A stretch of DNA of 64,000 nt. Origin: an uncultured Clostridia bacterium. Lineage in GTDB: Bacteria; Bacillota; Clostridia; UBA1381. Made by a program: the position numbers and the translations under genes. The stretch covers positions 43,055-107,054 of the forward strand of contig CANQQZ010000007.1 of assembly GCA_947626135.1 (NCBI GenBank), read 5' to 3'. The notes beneath the pieces were generated by a model. That model saw nothing but the letters and a program-made list of their open reading frames with translations, did no database searches and was not told where the DNA came from. Below are positions 39,501 through 48,541 of the stretch, piece after piece. The first letter of the stretch is position 1. The number at the start of each line of letters is the position of its first letter.

Positions 39501-41519
39501 TTACGATAAATCCACCATTTCCATATATCGGTTACCGTTTTCCGCTATATAATCGCGTCTGCCCTGCGGGTCATCGCCGAGGAGCACCTCGAACATAGCC
39601 GCGGTTTTTTCCGCGCCCTCCGACGTCACGCGTATGAGCCGACGCGTCGCGGGGTGCATTGTCGTGAGCGACATCATCTCCGGCTGGTTCTCGCCCAAGC
39701 CCTTCGAGCGCTTTATATCATAATCGTCCCTGTCCTTTGACAGTCCCGACTGATTGAGCCTTGCCACAATCTCATCGCGCTCCGCGTCGGTATAGGCGAA
39801 ATGCTTTTCATTCCTGCGCTTACCCTTCGTCACTGTTATCTCGTACAGCGGCGACTCGGCTATATATACCTTGCCTATCTCTATAAGCGTCGGTGCAAGG
39901 CGGTAAATCATCGTAAGCAGCTGCGTGCGGATATGGAAGCCGTCCACATCCGCGTCGGTGCAGATAATAACCTTATCCCAGCGCAGATTGTTTATGTTGA
40001 AGCTGTCAAGCTTATTGTTATGCTTTGTGTTAATTTCCACACCGCAGCCCAGGACCCGCAGCAGGTCCACTATTATATCGCTCTTGAAAATACGGGGATA
40101 ATCCGCCTTTAAGCAGTTTAAAATCTTGCCGCGTATCGGCATTATCGCCTGGAAGGAGGCATCGCGCGCGAGCTTGCACGAGCCGAGCGCGCTGTCGCCC
40201 TCAACGATGTATAATTCTCTCTGCGACGCGTCCTTTGAGCGGCAGTCCACAAATTTTTCCACTCTGTTTGTGACGTCCATAGAGCCCGTAAGCTTTTTCT
40301 TGATGTCTATTTTCGCCTTTTCCGCGCTTTCGCGGCTGCGCTTGTTTACGAGAACCTGATTCGCGATTTTTTCCGCGTCCGCTTTGTTCTCTATAAAATA
40401 CGTCTCCAGCTGCTGACGCAGGAATTCCGTCATAGCGTCCTGGATAAACTTATTGTTTATCGCTTTTTTCGTCTGATTCTCATAGCTTGTCTGAGTGGAG
40501 AAGGAATTTATCACGAGCGCCAGACAGTCCTCCACGTCGGTAAAGTTTATTTTTGAGTCGGTTTTATTATATTTGCCGTTATTTTTAAGATACTTGTCAA
40601 TTGCGTAAACAAAAGCGTTTCTGACCGCTTTATCGGGCGAGCCTCCGTGCTCGAGATAACTGGAATTGTGGTAATACTCTATCAAATTTACGGTATTGGA
40701 GAAGCAGAACGCTATTTTCATTTTAAGCTTGTATTTATCCTTATCCTCTCGGTCGCGTCCCTCGCGTTCCATATCCCAGCTTTCTATTGCCGTAAACCCC
40801 TGCTCTCCGACCTCCTGAGCGAGATAATCGACTATTCCGCGCTCGTAGAAATACTCGTACATATCCATGCCGGTATCCGTTTCATTATAAAGAATAAACC
40901 GTATCCCGGCGTTGACCATCGCCTGCTTATTTAACGTATCCTTAAAAAATTCGAGCGGAATGTCAATATCGGTAAACACATCCGTATCGGGCTTCCATTT
41001 CTGGATTGAACCCGTCTTATTTGTCCGCACCGGCTCCTTTTTCAGCCCGCCTATATTTTCACCCTTTTCAAAATGAAGCGTATAGCGCGTTTTATCCCGG
41101 ACAACGGTAACGTCCATATACTCGCTCGAATACTGCGTCGCGCACGCTCCGAGACCGTTCAGTCCGAGACTATACTCATACATTCCGCCGCTGTTGTTGT
41201 TATATTTTCCGCCCGCGTAAAGCTCGCAGTAAACCAGCTCCCAGTTATAGCGCTGCTCGCTCTCGTTAAAATCGAGAGGGATTCCGCGTCCGTAATCGCG
41301 CACCTCTATGGAGCCGTCGGAAAATCTTGTCACCTCTATTTCCTTGCCGAAGCCCTCGCGCGCCTCGTCAATTGAATTGGAAAGTATTTCAAAAAACGAG
41401 TGCTCGCAGCCCTCAAGTCCGTCAGAGCCGAATATGACCGCCGGACGCTTCCTCACCCTGTCCGCGCCCTTTAAGCTCGTAATGCTGTCGTTTCCGTAAT
41501 CGGGTTTTGTTTTTGGCAT
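39501..41519 (-). CDS. type IIA DNA topoisomerase subunit B (ParE/GyrB family)
   Basis: GHKL ATPase motifs EILSNSIDEA and GLNGLGA. Toprim motifs LYIVEGDSALGS, PIRGKILN and DADVDGFHI. Confidence 0.88.
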   Translation of the reverse strand: MPKTKPDYGNDSITSLKGADRVRKRPAVIFGSDGLEGCEHSFFEILSNSIDEAREGFGKEIEVTRFSDGSIEVRDYGRGIPLDFNESEQRYNWELVYCELYAGGKYNNNSGGMYEYSLGLNGLGACATQYSSEYMDVTVVRDKTRYTLHFEKGENIGGLKKEPVRTNKTGSIQKWKPDTDVFTDIDIPLEFFKDTLNKQAMVNAGIRFILYNETDTGMDMYEYFYERGIVDYLAQEVGEQGFTAIESWDMEREGRDREDKDKYKLKMKIAFCFSNTVNLIEYYHNSSYLEHGGSPDKAVRNAFVYAIDKYLKNNGKYNKTDSKINFTDVEDCLALVINSFSTQTSYENQTKKAINNKFIQDAMTEFLRQQLETYFIENKADAEKIANQVLVNKRSRESAEKAKIDIKKKLTGSMDVTNRVEKFVDCRSKDASQRELYIVEGDSALGSCKLARDASFQAIMPIRGKILNCLKADYPRIFKSDIIVDLLRVLGCGVEINTKHNNKLDSFNINNLRWDKVIICTDADVDGFHIRTQLLTMIYRLAPTLIEIGKVYIAESPLYEITVTKGKRRNEKHFAYTDAERDEIVARLNQSGLSKDRDDYDIKRSKGLGENQPEMMSLTTMHPATRRLIRVTSEGAEKTAAMFEVLLGDDPQGRRDYIAENGNRYMEMVDLS

Positions 41520-41835
41520 ATATTTTTCTCCTGTTCACTGTTACAGCACGGACCTCCCGTGTCCGCTGCACATGCATATATTGTATTTATTTCATTATTT
41601 TATTAATTATACAGCTATATATACGGTTTGTCAAAAAAATCAATGATTTTTAAAACGAATGTCATAATTCGGTAATATTAAATTCCGCGCGTATGGCGGC
41701 ATTATTAAGAAATTATGACATTTTTGTATCCCGCGTATGTTATTTTTGCTTTTTTATTGTTTAAGAAAATAAAATGTGATAAAATGATTTACATAAATCA
41801 TAACGGCATAATAATAATATCAATGGAGAAGACAA

Positions 41836-42363
41836 ATGAACGCAGCGTATTTATATTTACAGCTATATAAATTGTTTGACGAAATAACGCCCATAAACGC
41901 CGACTGCGGCGAATTATGCGAAAAAGCGTGCTGCCGCGGAGGCGATGACTCGGGCATGCTTCTGTTTCCCGGCGAATGCGAGGTCTACAGGCTTCTCGAG
42001 CCGAATTGGGCAAGGCTTGACAAAACGGATATGACATACGAATGGAACGGAAAAACGTACCGTGTGCCGATACTGTTCTGCGACGGATGCTGCGACAGAT
42101 ACCAGCGTCCGCTCTCATGCAGAATATTTCCGCTTACTCCGCGCCTTGACGGCGAGGGGCGGCTTGAAATTGTTACCGACCCGCGCGCAAAACACGTGTG
42201 TCCCATCTCGCGCGGCTTCCTTCCCGGGGATTACAGCGCGAAATTTGTAAAAAACATACGCCGATCATTCACTCTTCTGATGAAAAGCAGCCGTTTCCGC
42301 GCTTTTATGAAGGAATACACGAATTATCTAGACGATTTCGGGAAATTTATCTCAAACCAATAA
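41836..42363 (+). CDS. YkgJ-like cysteine-cluster protein (CxxCxxxCC ... RPxxCRxFP)
   Basis: 175 aa with CGELCEKACC and RPLSCRIFPL, as in the UPF0153/YkgJ zinc- or iron-chelating family. Confidence 0.5.
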   Translation: MNAAYLYLQLYKLFDEITPINADCGELCEKACCRGGDDSGMLLFPGECEVYRLLEPNWARLDKTDMTYEWNGKTYRVPILFCDGCCDRYQRPLSCRIFPLTPRLDGEGRLEIVTDPRAKHVCPISRGFLPGDYSAKFVKNIRRSFTLLMKSSRFRAFMKEYTNYLDDFGKFISNQ

Positions 42364-42375
42364 AGGAGACGCATT

Positions 42376-44010
42376 ATGTCCGACGATAACGAAAAAGAGA
42401 ATGAAACCGCCGGCGGCGGTTACAATACCGAAGCCGATGATTTCGCATCCGGCGGCGGCACGCAAAACTACAGCTACAGCGAATATTCAGACCCGTCGCT
42501 GGGACAGGTGGACTTAACGCATAAAAACGGCGCTTCGGGAGCGATAAAAAAAGCTGCCGGAATTATCCTCTGCGCCGCGGCGGCTGTATTTGCAGCCGTA
42601 TATATTGCCGGCATCGTCACACTGCCTAAAAACACCGTTATGCGTAACGTGTATCTGGATGATATCAGGCTTGGCGGCATGACATATGACGAGGCTCTTA
42701 AGGCAATTAACGATGAATATATGATGAATGACGCCGATATCACCGTGACCTGCGGCGGCAGCGAGTCGACCTTCCGCGGCAGCGATATCGGTATGGCTGC
42801 AAACGTCGAAAACACGGCGCACAGAGCCTTTGACTACGGAAAGGACGGCAATTTTCTTGTTAACGGCTTTAAAAACGCCGTATGCCTCTTCAAAAAGCAT
42901 ACGGTTGAACCGGCGGCAAACATCGACCGCGAGCTTCTGACAGGCAAAATAAACGAATTCGGAATACAGCTTTACGGCAAGCTCGCCGAGCATACAGTCG
43001 GAATAAACCGTTCCGATTCAACCGCGGACGTATATCCCGGGCACACCGGATATAATCCCGAATCACCCGAGTCCTATACGGAAGCGGTCGAAACGGTACT
43101 TGCCTCGATCGCGCGGAACAAATATGACGATATAGCCGTAAGCCTAAGCGCCGTTCAACCCTCGGAAATGACCCTTGACAAGCTCAAGGCCGCCGTATGC
43201 TGCGATCCGTCGGACGCGAAATACGTAATTAACGGAAATGATGTCACAGTTGAACCGGAGATCGACGGCAGATATCTCGACGACGCGGAAGCCGGCGCAT
43301 ACCTGATAAATGTGGTTGAAGGCGGAGAACCGGTAAAAATACCTTATTACACAACTCCGGCAGAGGTCACATCGGAGCAGCTCAGCGAGAAGCTTTTCGC
43401 CGATACTCTCGGCTCCTATTCGACAAGCTACGGCGGCTCAACGTCAAACCGCGCAGCCAATGTCGCGCGCGCCGCGGAATTGATAAACGGCAAGGTTCTC
43501 GCTCCGGGCGATACCTTCTCCTTCAACGATACCGTGGGACTGCGCACAAAGGACAACGGATTTTATTCCGCAACGGAATATGTAAACGGAGAGTCGGTCG
43601 AGGGCATCGGCGGAGGCACATGCCAGGTGAGCACCACGTTATATTCGGCGGTTTTATATGCGGATTTGCAAATAGTTCACCGCGAATGCCATATGATGAG
43701 CGTCGGCTACGTTCCCCTCGGACAGGACGCCACCGTAGCGGATAACAGCGTAGATTTTCAGTTTAAAAACACGACGTCCTATCCCATTAAAATTTCAAGC
43801 TACACCGAGGGACGTACAATTTACGTAAGCATTATAGGCACGGCATGGGACCCGCCCAGAACCGTGGAGCTTAAGCACTCTGTATCCTCCTCCGGCGAAA
43901 ACACGATAGTGCAGTCAACGCGCTACGTTTACGAAAACGGCGAGCTTATAAGCACGGACACTCTCGGGCAAAGCTTCTACCGTCCTCATAAGCAGCAGTC
44001 AACACAGTAA
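42376..44010 (+). CDS. VanW-family membrane protein (YoaR-like)
   Basis: N-terminal TM (IILCAAAAVFAAVYIAGIV). C-terminal VanW core: APGDTFSFNDTVG...GIGGGTCQVSTTLY...GQDATV. Confidence 0.8.
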   Translation: MSDDNEKENETAGGGYNTEADDFASGGGTQNYSYSEYSDPSLGQVDLTHKNGASGAIKKAAGIILCAAAAVFAAVYIAGIVTLPKNTVMRNVYLDDIRLGGMTYDEALKAINDEYMMNDADITVTCGGSESTFRGSDIGMAANVENTAHRAFDYGKDGNFLVNGFKNAVCLFKKHTVEPAANIDRELLTGKINEFGIQLYGKLAEHTVGINRSDSTADVYPGHTGYNPESPESYTEAVETVLASIARNKYDDIAVSLSAVQPSEMTLDKLKAAVCCDPSDAKYVINGNDVTVEPEIDGRYLDDAEAGAYLINVVEGGEPVKIPYYTTPAEVTSEQLSEKLFADTLGSYSTSYGGSTSNRAANVARAAELINGKVLAPGDTFSFNDTVGLRTKDNGFYSATEYVNGESVEGIGGGTCQVSTTLYSAVLYADLQIVHRECHMMSVGYVPLGQDATVADNSVDFQFKNTTSYPIKISSYTEGRTIYVSIIGTAWDPPRTVELKHSVSSSGENTIVQSTRYVYENGELISTDTLGQSFYRPHKQQSTQ

Positions 44011-44035
44011 GCGCGGCGGTAAAATTAACGGAACC

Positions 44036-45241
44036 ATGAGCAATGAAATCAAACCTCTATCAGAATCAGCCTCCGATACGCGGTTAAACGCGCGCGTTCA
44101 TAAGATAAAGCGAAGCGGCAGAATCGTTTTTGTTTATCTTTGCGCCGGAGGGGAAATAATTAAAACCGTATACAGACCCGATTGGTGCGAAAAGGACATA
44201 TCCGGGCTAAATGCCGGTATGTTTTTGCGGGCTGCCGTTTCGGAGGCGCCGGAGCAAAAAGCGGAAAACGGCATAGAGCTCCGTCTCAGGGATTTTGAAA
44301 TCCTCTCGTCTCCCGCCGCTCCATATCCCTTGAGCATTTCCGGCGCGGACTGCAATTATTCTCTCGAAACCGCCGCGGAATATAAGGCTTTGATTTTACG
44401 CCATCCGCATATTGCCGCCGTTTATAAGGTTCAGTCGCGGCTGCTTTTCGCGTTTGAGGAATTTATGGAGAAAAACGGTTTTTTTCGCGTGACCGCGCCC
44501 GTTATATCCTCATTTTCCGAGAAGCCGTCGTTTGAGCTTGACTATTTCGGCGCGCGCGCGGTTTTATCGCATACGCCTCAGTTATATATGACCGCCGCGA
44601 CAGCCGCTTTTGACAAAACCTATTCTGTTTCACCGTCGTTTCTGGCAAAAAAATACAACTCGTCCCGGCATATGAATGAATTTACGAGCCTGAATTTTCA
44701 GCTCGGATATATCGATACGGTCGATGACGTTATAAATATGACGTCGGCGCTGCTCGATTATATGACAAAGGCAGTGCCGGAGGCAGGCATATCTACGGAA
44801 ATACCCGTTTATGCATTTGACGATGCACTCAAAATGCTTGGCAAGAACTCTCAGCCCGATCTCGACCCGACGGATATAAAAAATATCTGCTCACGCGAAA
44901 AAAGGAACGGCTTCGATTTTGTCTGCGTCAAGGGGTTCCCCCCGGATAAACGCCCGTTTTACGCTGAGGATTACGAAAATTTTGACATATATCTGAACGG
45001 CTCAAAAATCGCGTCAGGCTCAAAAAATTTCAGCGATTACGCGGCGCAGCGTAAAAAAGCAGACAGACTTAATATTATGCTGAAACGATATAAGGCTTAC
45101 GATGACGCTCTTAAATACGGCATAATGCCCTACGGATGCCTCACATTGGGGCTGGAACGGCTCACAGCCGCGCTTATGCGGCTTGAAAACGTAAAATATG
45201 CATCGTTGTTTCCGCGCGATTTGCATCATATCGAACCGTAA
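44036..45241 (+). CDS. divergent class IIb aminoacyl-tRNA-synthetase paralogue (AspRS/AsnRS-like), function unknown
   Basis: N-terminal OB-fold-like segment (ARVHKIKRSGRIVFVYL...ELRLRDFEILS). Motif 1-like FFRVTAPVI. Motif 2 reads SPSFLAKKYNSSRHMNEF, where FRAE is expected. Motif 3-like GCLTLGLERL. Confidence 0.6.
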   Translation: MSNEIKPLSESASDTRLNARVHKIKRSGRIVFVYLCAGGEIIKTVYRPDWCEKDISGLNAGMFLRAAVSEAPEQKAENGIELRLRDFEILSSPAAPYPLSISGADCNYSLETAAEYKALILRHPHIAAVYKVQSRLLFAFEEFMEKNGFFRVTAPVISSFSEKPSFELDYFGARAVLSHTPQLYMTAATAAFDKTYSVSPSFLAKKYNSSRHMNEFTSLNFQLGYIDTVDDVINMTSALLDYMTKAVPEAGISTEIPVYAFDDALKMLGKNSQPDLDPTDIKNICSREKRNGFDFVCVKGFPPDKRPFYAEDYENFDIYLNGSKIASGSKNFSDYAAQRKKADRLNIMLKRYKAYDDALKYGIMPYGCLTLGLERLTAALMRLENVKYASLFPRDLHHIEP

Positions 45242-45293
45242 TTATGCATAATATATCAGAAGTTAACGCGCCTTAATTTTGACATTATGCATA

Positions 45294-45322
45294 TTGACAA
45301 CAACGTTTTATTATGGTAAAAT
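45294..45322 (+). promoter_or_regulatory. near-consensus sigma-A promoter upstream of glnN
   Basis: TTGACA (45294-45299), a 17-nt spacer ending in TGg, then TAAAAT (45317-45322). Confidence 0.6.
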
Positions 45323-45353
45323 CGCTGTATAAAAAATGATGAGATAAAGCAAG

Positions 45354-45392
45354 GGCGTTTTATATCGTGGGATATAATACGCCGTTTTTTGT
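45354..45392 (+). terminator. intrinsic terminator in the aaRS-like/glnN spacer (leader attenuator, or terminator of the upstream operon)
   Basis: 13-bp stem ggcgttttatatc/gatataatacgcc (one mismatch), loop gtgg, then GTTTTTTGTTT. Confidence 0.7.
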
Positions 45393-45444
45393 TTCATCTG
45401 TTAATAATTTCCGTTTAAGGAAAAAATTTTAGGAGGTATTCACA

Positions 45445-47523
45445 ATGGCTAATGTTGCAGAGTATTTCGGCTCAAAGGTATTTAACCTTCCCACTATGGA
45501 GGCGAGACTGCCCAAGGCTACGTACAAATCTTTATTAAAGACAATTCAGGAGGGCACCCCTCTCGACCCCAACGTTGCGGAGGTAGTCGCAAACGCGATG
45601 AAGGATTGGGCTGTGGAGAACGGCTGCACCCATTACACGCACTGGTTCCAGCCCATGACCGGAACCACAGCCGAAAAGCATGACTCGTTTATCGAGCCTG
45701 ATGAAAACGGAACGGTAATCATGGAATTCTCGGGCAAAAACCTTGTTATGGGCGAGCCCGACGCTTCAAGCTTTCCTTCGGGAGGACTCCGCGCCACCTT
45801 CGAGGCCCGCGGTTATACAGCATGGGATCCGACCTCCTACGCATTTATAAAGGACAGCTCGCTTTGCATACCTACGTCCTTCATTTCCTACACCGGTCAG
45901 GTGCTTGATAAGAAAACGCCGCTCCTGCGCTCAATGGCGGCAGTTGACAGGGAGGCTAAGCGGGTCCTTAAGCTGTTTGGAAAGACGACGAAAAAGGTCG
46001 TTTCCTATGTCGGACCCGAACAGGAATATTTCCTTGTGGATAAGGAGCTGTACTCCATGAGAAAGGACCTTATGCTCACGGGAAGAACACTTTTCGGCGC
46101 GATGCCGGCTAAGGGTCAGGAGCTCGAGGATCATTACTTCGGTCAGATCAAGGAACGCGTTTCTTCGTTTATGAAAGAGGTTGACGAGGAATTGTGGAAG
46201 CTGGGCGTATTTACAAAAACAAAGCATAACGAGGTTGCGCCCGCGCAGCACGAGATTGCGCCCGTATTCTCCACATCAAACGTGGCAGCGGACCACAACC
46301 AGCTTACAATGGAAATCCTGAAAAAGGTTGCCAACCGTCACGGATTATGGTGTCTGCTCAACGAGAAGCCCTATGAGGGAATCAACGGCTCAGGAAAGCA
46401 TAACAACTGGTCGCTCGGCACGGTCGAGGGCGAGAATTTGTTAAAGCCCGGCAAGAATCCTCAGGATAACGTACAATTCCTGTTATTCCTCGCGGCTGTT
46501 ATAAAGGCGGTTGACGATTACGCGGAGCTTTTAAGACTGTCCGTCGCAACAGCCGGTAACGATCACCGTTTGGGAGCGAACGAGGCTCCGCCCGCCATCG
46601 TCTCAATGTATTTGGGCGATCAGCTTGAAAACGTTGTGGAGCAGCTGGTAGCCGGCAAGCGGACAAAGGAAGAGGCTATGGGAATTCTCGATACGGGTGT
46701 TGCGTCTTTACCGACGCTCAACCGCGACGCTACGGACCGCAACAGAACATCGCCGTTCGCATTTACCGGAAACCGATTCGAGTTCAGAATGCCCGGTTCG
46801 TCTCAGTCAATCTCCGGCATTAACATAATCATAAATACTATCGTTGCGGAAAGCCTCCGTCAGTTCGCCGATGAGCTTGACGGCACGGATGATATCTCCC
46901 ACGACGCGATGAATCTCGCAATCAAGGTATTTAAGAAGCATAAGAGGATCATCTTCAACGGCAACGGTTATTCCGAGGAATGGGTAAAGGAAGCGGAGAA
47001 GAGAGGACTCCCGAACTTAAAGACCACTCCGGACGCCATACCCTATTTCGCGGAAGCAAAATCCGTCAAGCTGTTTGAGCGGCACGGCGTATTTACCAAG
47101 GAGGAAACAGTCACAAGAACGGAGATCCTGCTTGAAGATTATTACAAGGCTCTTAATATCGAGGTTCTCACCATGCTCCAGATGGCTAACCAGGAAATCC
47201 TTCCCGCATGTCTTGAGTATTCGCATTTCCTTGCCGAAAGCGTTGCTTCAAAAGAGAATATCGGCATAAAGGTTCCGAAGGAAAAGGCTCTTGCCACAAA
47301 GATTTCCAAGCTCACCGAGTCGCTTATTGCGAATATATCGGCGCTGCAAACCGTATCGGATAAGGTTCCCGCCGGCGACGCCTTAAAGCTTGCCAGATAC
47401 TACAGAGATAAGGCGATCCCCGCAATGGCTAAGCTCAGAGCCACGGCGGATGAGCTCGAAACGCTTGTCTCCGAGGAATATTGGCCCTTCCCGACATATA
47501 CGGATTTGCTTTACAGAGTTTAA
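45445..47523 (+). CDS. glnN: glutamine synthetase type III
   Basis: 692 aa. The N-terminus (...FGSKVFNLPTMEARLPKATYKSL) and central ...NGSGKHNNWS / ...PAQHEIAP... motifs are typical of GSIII. RBS AGGAGG. Confidence 0.85.
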   Translation: MANVAEYFGSKVFNLPTMEARLPKATYKSLLKTIQEGTPLDPNVAEVVANAMKDWAVENGCTHYTHWFQPMTGTTAEKHDSFIEPDENGTVIMEFSGKNLVMGEPDASSFPSGGLRATFEARGYTAWDPTSYAFIKDSSLCIPTSFISYTGQVLDKKTPLLRSMAAVDREAKRVLKLFGKTTKKVVSYVGPEQEYFLVDKELYSMRKDLMLTGRTLFGAMPAKGQELEDHYFGQIKERVSSFMKEVDEELWKLGVFTKTKHNEVAPAQHEIAPVFSTSNVAADHNQLTMEILKKVANRHGLWCLLNEKPYEGINGSGKHNNWSLGTVEGENLLKPGKNPQDNVQFLLFLAAVIKAVDDYAELLRLSVATAGNDHRLGANEAPPAIVSMYLGDQLENVVEQLVAGKRTKEEAMGILDTGVASLPTLNRDATDRNRTSPFAFTGNRFEFRMPGSSQSISGINIIINTIVAESLRQFADELDGTDDISHDAMNLAIKVFKKHKRIIFNGNGYSEEWVKEAEKRGLPNLKTTPDAIPYFAEAKSVKLFERHGVFTKEETVTRTEILLEDYYKALNIEVLTMLQMANQEILPACLEYSHFLAESVASKENIGIKVPKEKALATKISKLTESLIANISALQTVSDKVPAGDALKLARYYRDKAIPAMAKLRATADELETLVSEEYWPFPTYTDLLYRV

Positions 47524-47549
47524 AACATACATACCTCATTCATATCAAA

Positions 47550-47585
47550 AGCGCCGGCATACACCCCTGCCAGCGCTTTTTGCGT
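47550..47585 (+). terminator. intrinsic terminator after glnN
   Basis: Stem agcgccggca/tgccagcgct (one mismatch) followed by TTTTT. Confidence 0.65.
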
Positions 47586-47601
47586 ACAGCGTTTAACGGC
47601 G

Positions 47602-47630
47602 TTGACAAAACCCGGTTTGCGGGATATAAT
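47602..47630 (+). promoter_or_regulatory. consensus sigma-A promoter of the HAD hydrolase gene
   Basis: TTGACA, exactly 17 nt, then TATAAT. Confidence 0.65.
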
Positions 47631-47660
47631 ACATATAAATCAATAACCGGAAGTGATACT

Positions 47661-48320
47661 GTGTATAAATATATATTTTTTGATTTGGACGGCACATTAA
47701 CGGACCCTCAGGAGGGTATTACAAACTGCGTAAAATACGCGCTTGAATATTTCGGCATACATGAAACGGACTATTCCAAGCTTATGAAATTCATCGGTCC
47801 TCCCCTTGTGTATTCCTTCAGGGAATATTACGGCTTTGATGAAAAAAAGGCGCTTGAGGCTGTTGAAAAATATCGGGAGCGGTTCGCGTCGAAGGGCATA
47901 TTTGAAAACCGCGTCTACGATGGTATAGACAGCCTTCTTCAATCGCTTGTTGACGCTGGGCGCATTCTTGTTCTCGCGACGTCAAAGCCCAGGGTATTTG
48001 CGGACAGAATAATGGTAAAATACCGTCTGCGCCCTTATTTTAAGCTGATATGCGGCTCGGAGCTTGACGGCACAAGGAATGAAAAGCATGAGGTTATAGA
48101 ATACGCGATAAAAAAGCTGGGAATACCGCGCGATAAAATAATAATGGTCGGCGACAGAAGGCACGATATTATCGGCGCGAAAAAATGCGGCGTCGCGTCG
48201 TGCGGTGTGCGTTTCGGGTATGCCGAGCCGCACGAGCTGGAATCCGCCGGAGCGGACCGCATAGCGGATACGATAGATGATTTGCGCGCAATTCTTTTAA
48301 GCGGCAATCCCGTTCATTAA
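47661..48320 (+). CDS. HAD-IA family hydrolase (phosphoglycolate phosphatase-like)
   Basis: FFDLDGTLTD (motif I), LATSKP (II) and VGDRRHDIIGA (III/IV). The GTG at 47661 gives MYKYIFFDLDG. The longer track ORF overlaps the glnN end and its terminator. Confidence 0.8.
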   Translation: MYKYIFFDLDGTLTDPQEGITNCVKYALEYFGIHETDYSKLMKFIGPPLVYSFREYYGFDEKKALEAVEKYRERFASKGIFENRVYDGIDSLLQSLVDAGRILVLATSKPRVFADRIMVKYRLRPYFKLICGSELDGTRNEKHEVIEYAIKKLGIPRDKIIMVGDRRHDIIGAKKCGVASCGVRFGYAEPHELESAGADRIADTIDDLRAILLSGNPVH

Positions 48321-48343
48321 AAAGCCCCGTATCCCTTTTCCTG

Positions 48344-48372
48344 TTTACATGCCGGTTTAAATATGGTATAAT
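48344..48372 (+). promoter_or_regulatory. putative sigma-A promoter of the VanX-type dipeptidase gene
   Basis: TTTACA, a 17-nt spacer ending in TGg, then TATAAT. It leaves a leader of about 165 nt. Confidence 0.55.
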
Positions 48373-48541
48373 AACCTCACGAAACAAGACGAAATCGAAG
48401 ATTTCTGTGTTTCGGAGAACATTGTATCATACTTTGCGCGCCACTGCTGCGAAATACCTCGCAAGCGGCGCCGACTGCTTCGCAGTCTGCAAATATATGA
48501 TATTATGCAATTAATATTTAATTTAAAAGGAGATGTTAGCC

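Noticed and set aside
45242-45444. A glutamine riboswitch or TnrA/GlnR box (TGTNAN7TNACA) upstream of glnN.
   Set aside because: I could not find a convincing match to either. TGACA...TTGACA is a direct repeat, not an inverted one. Only the promoter and terminator are reported.
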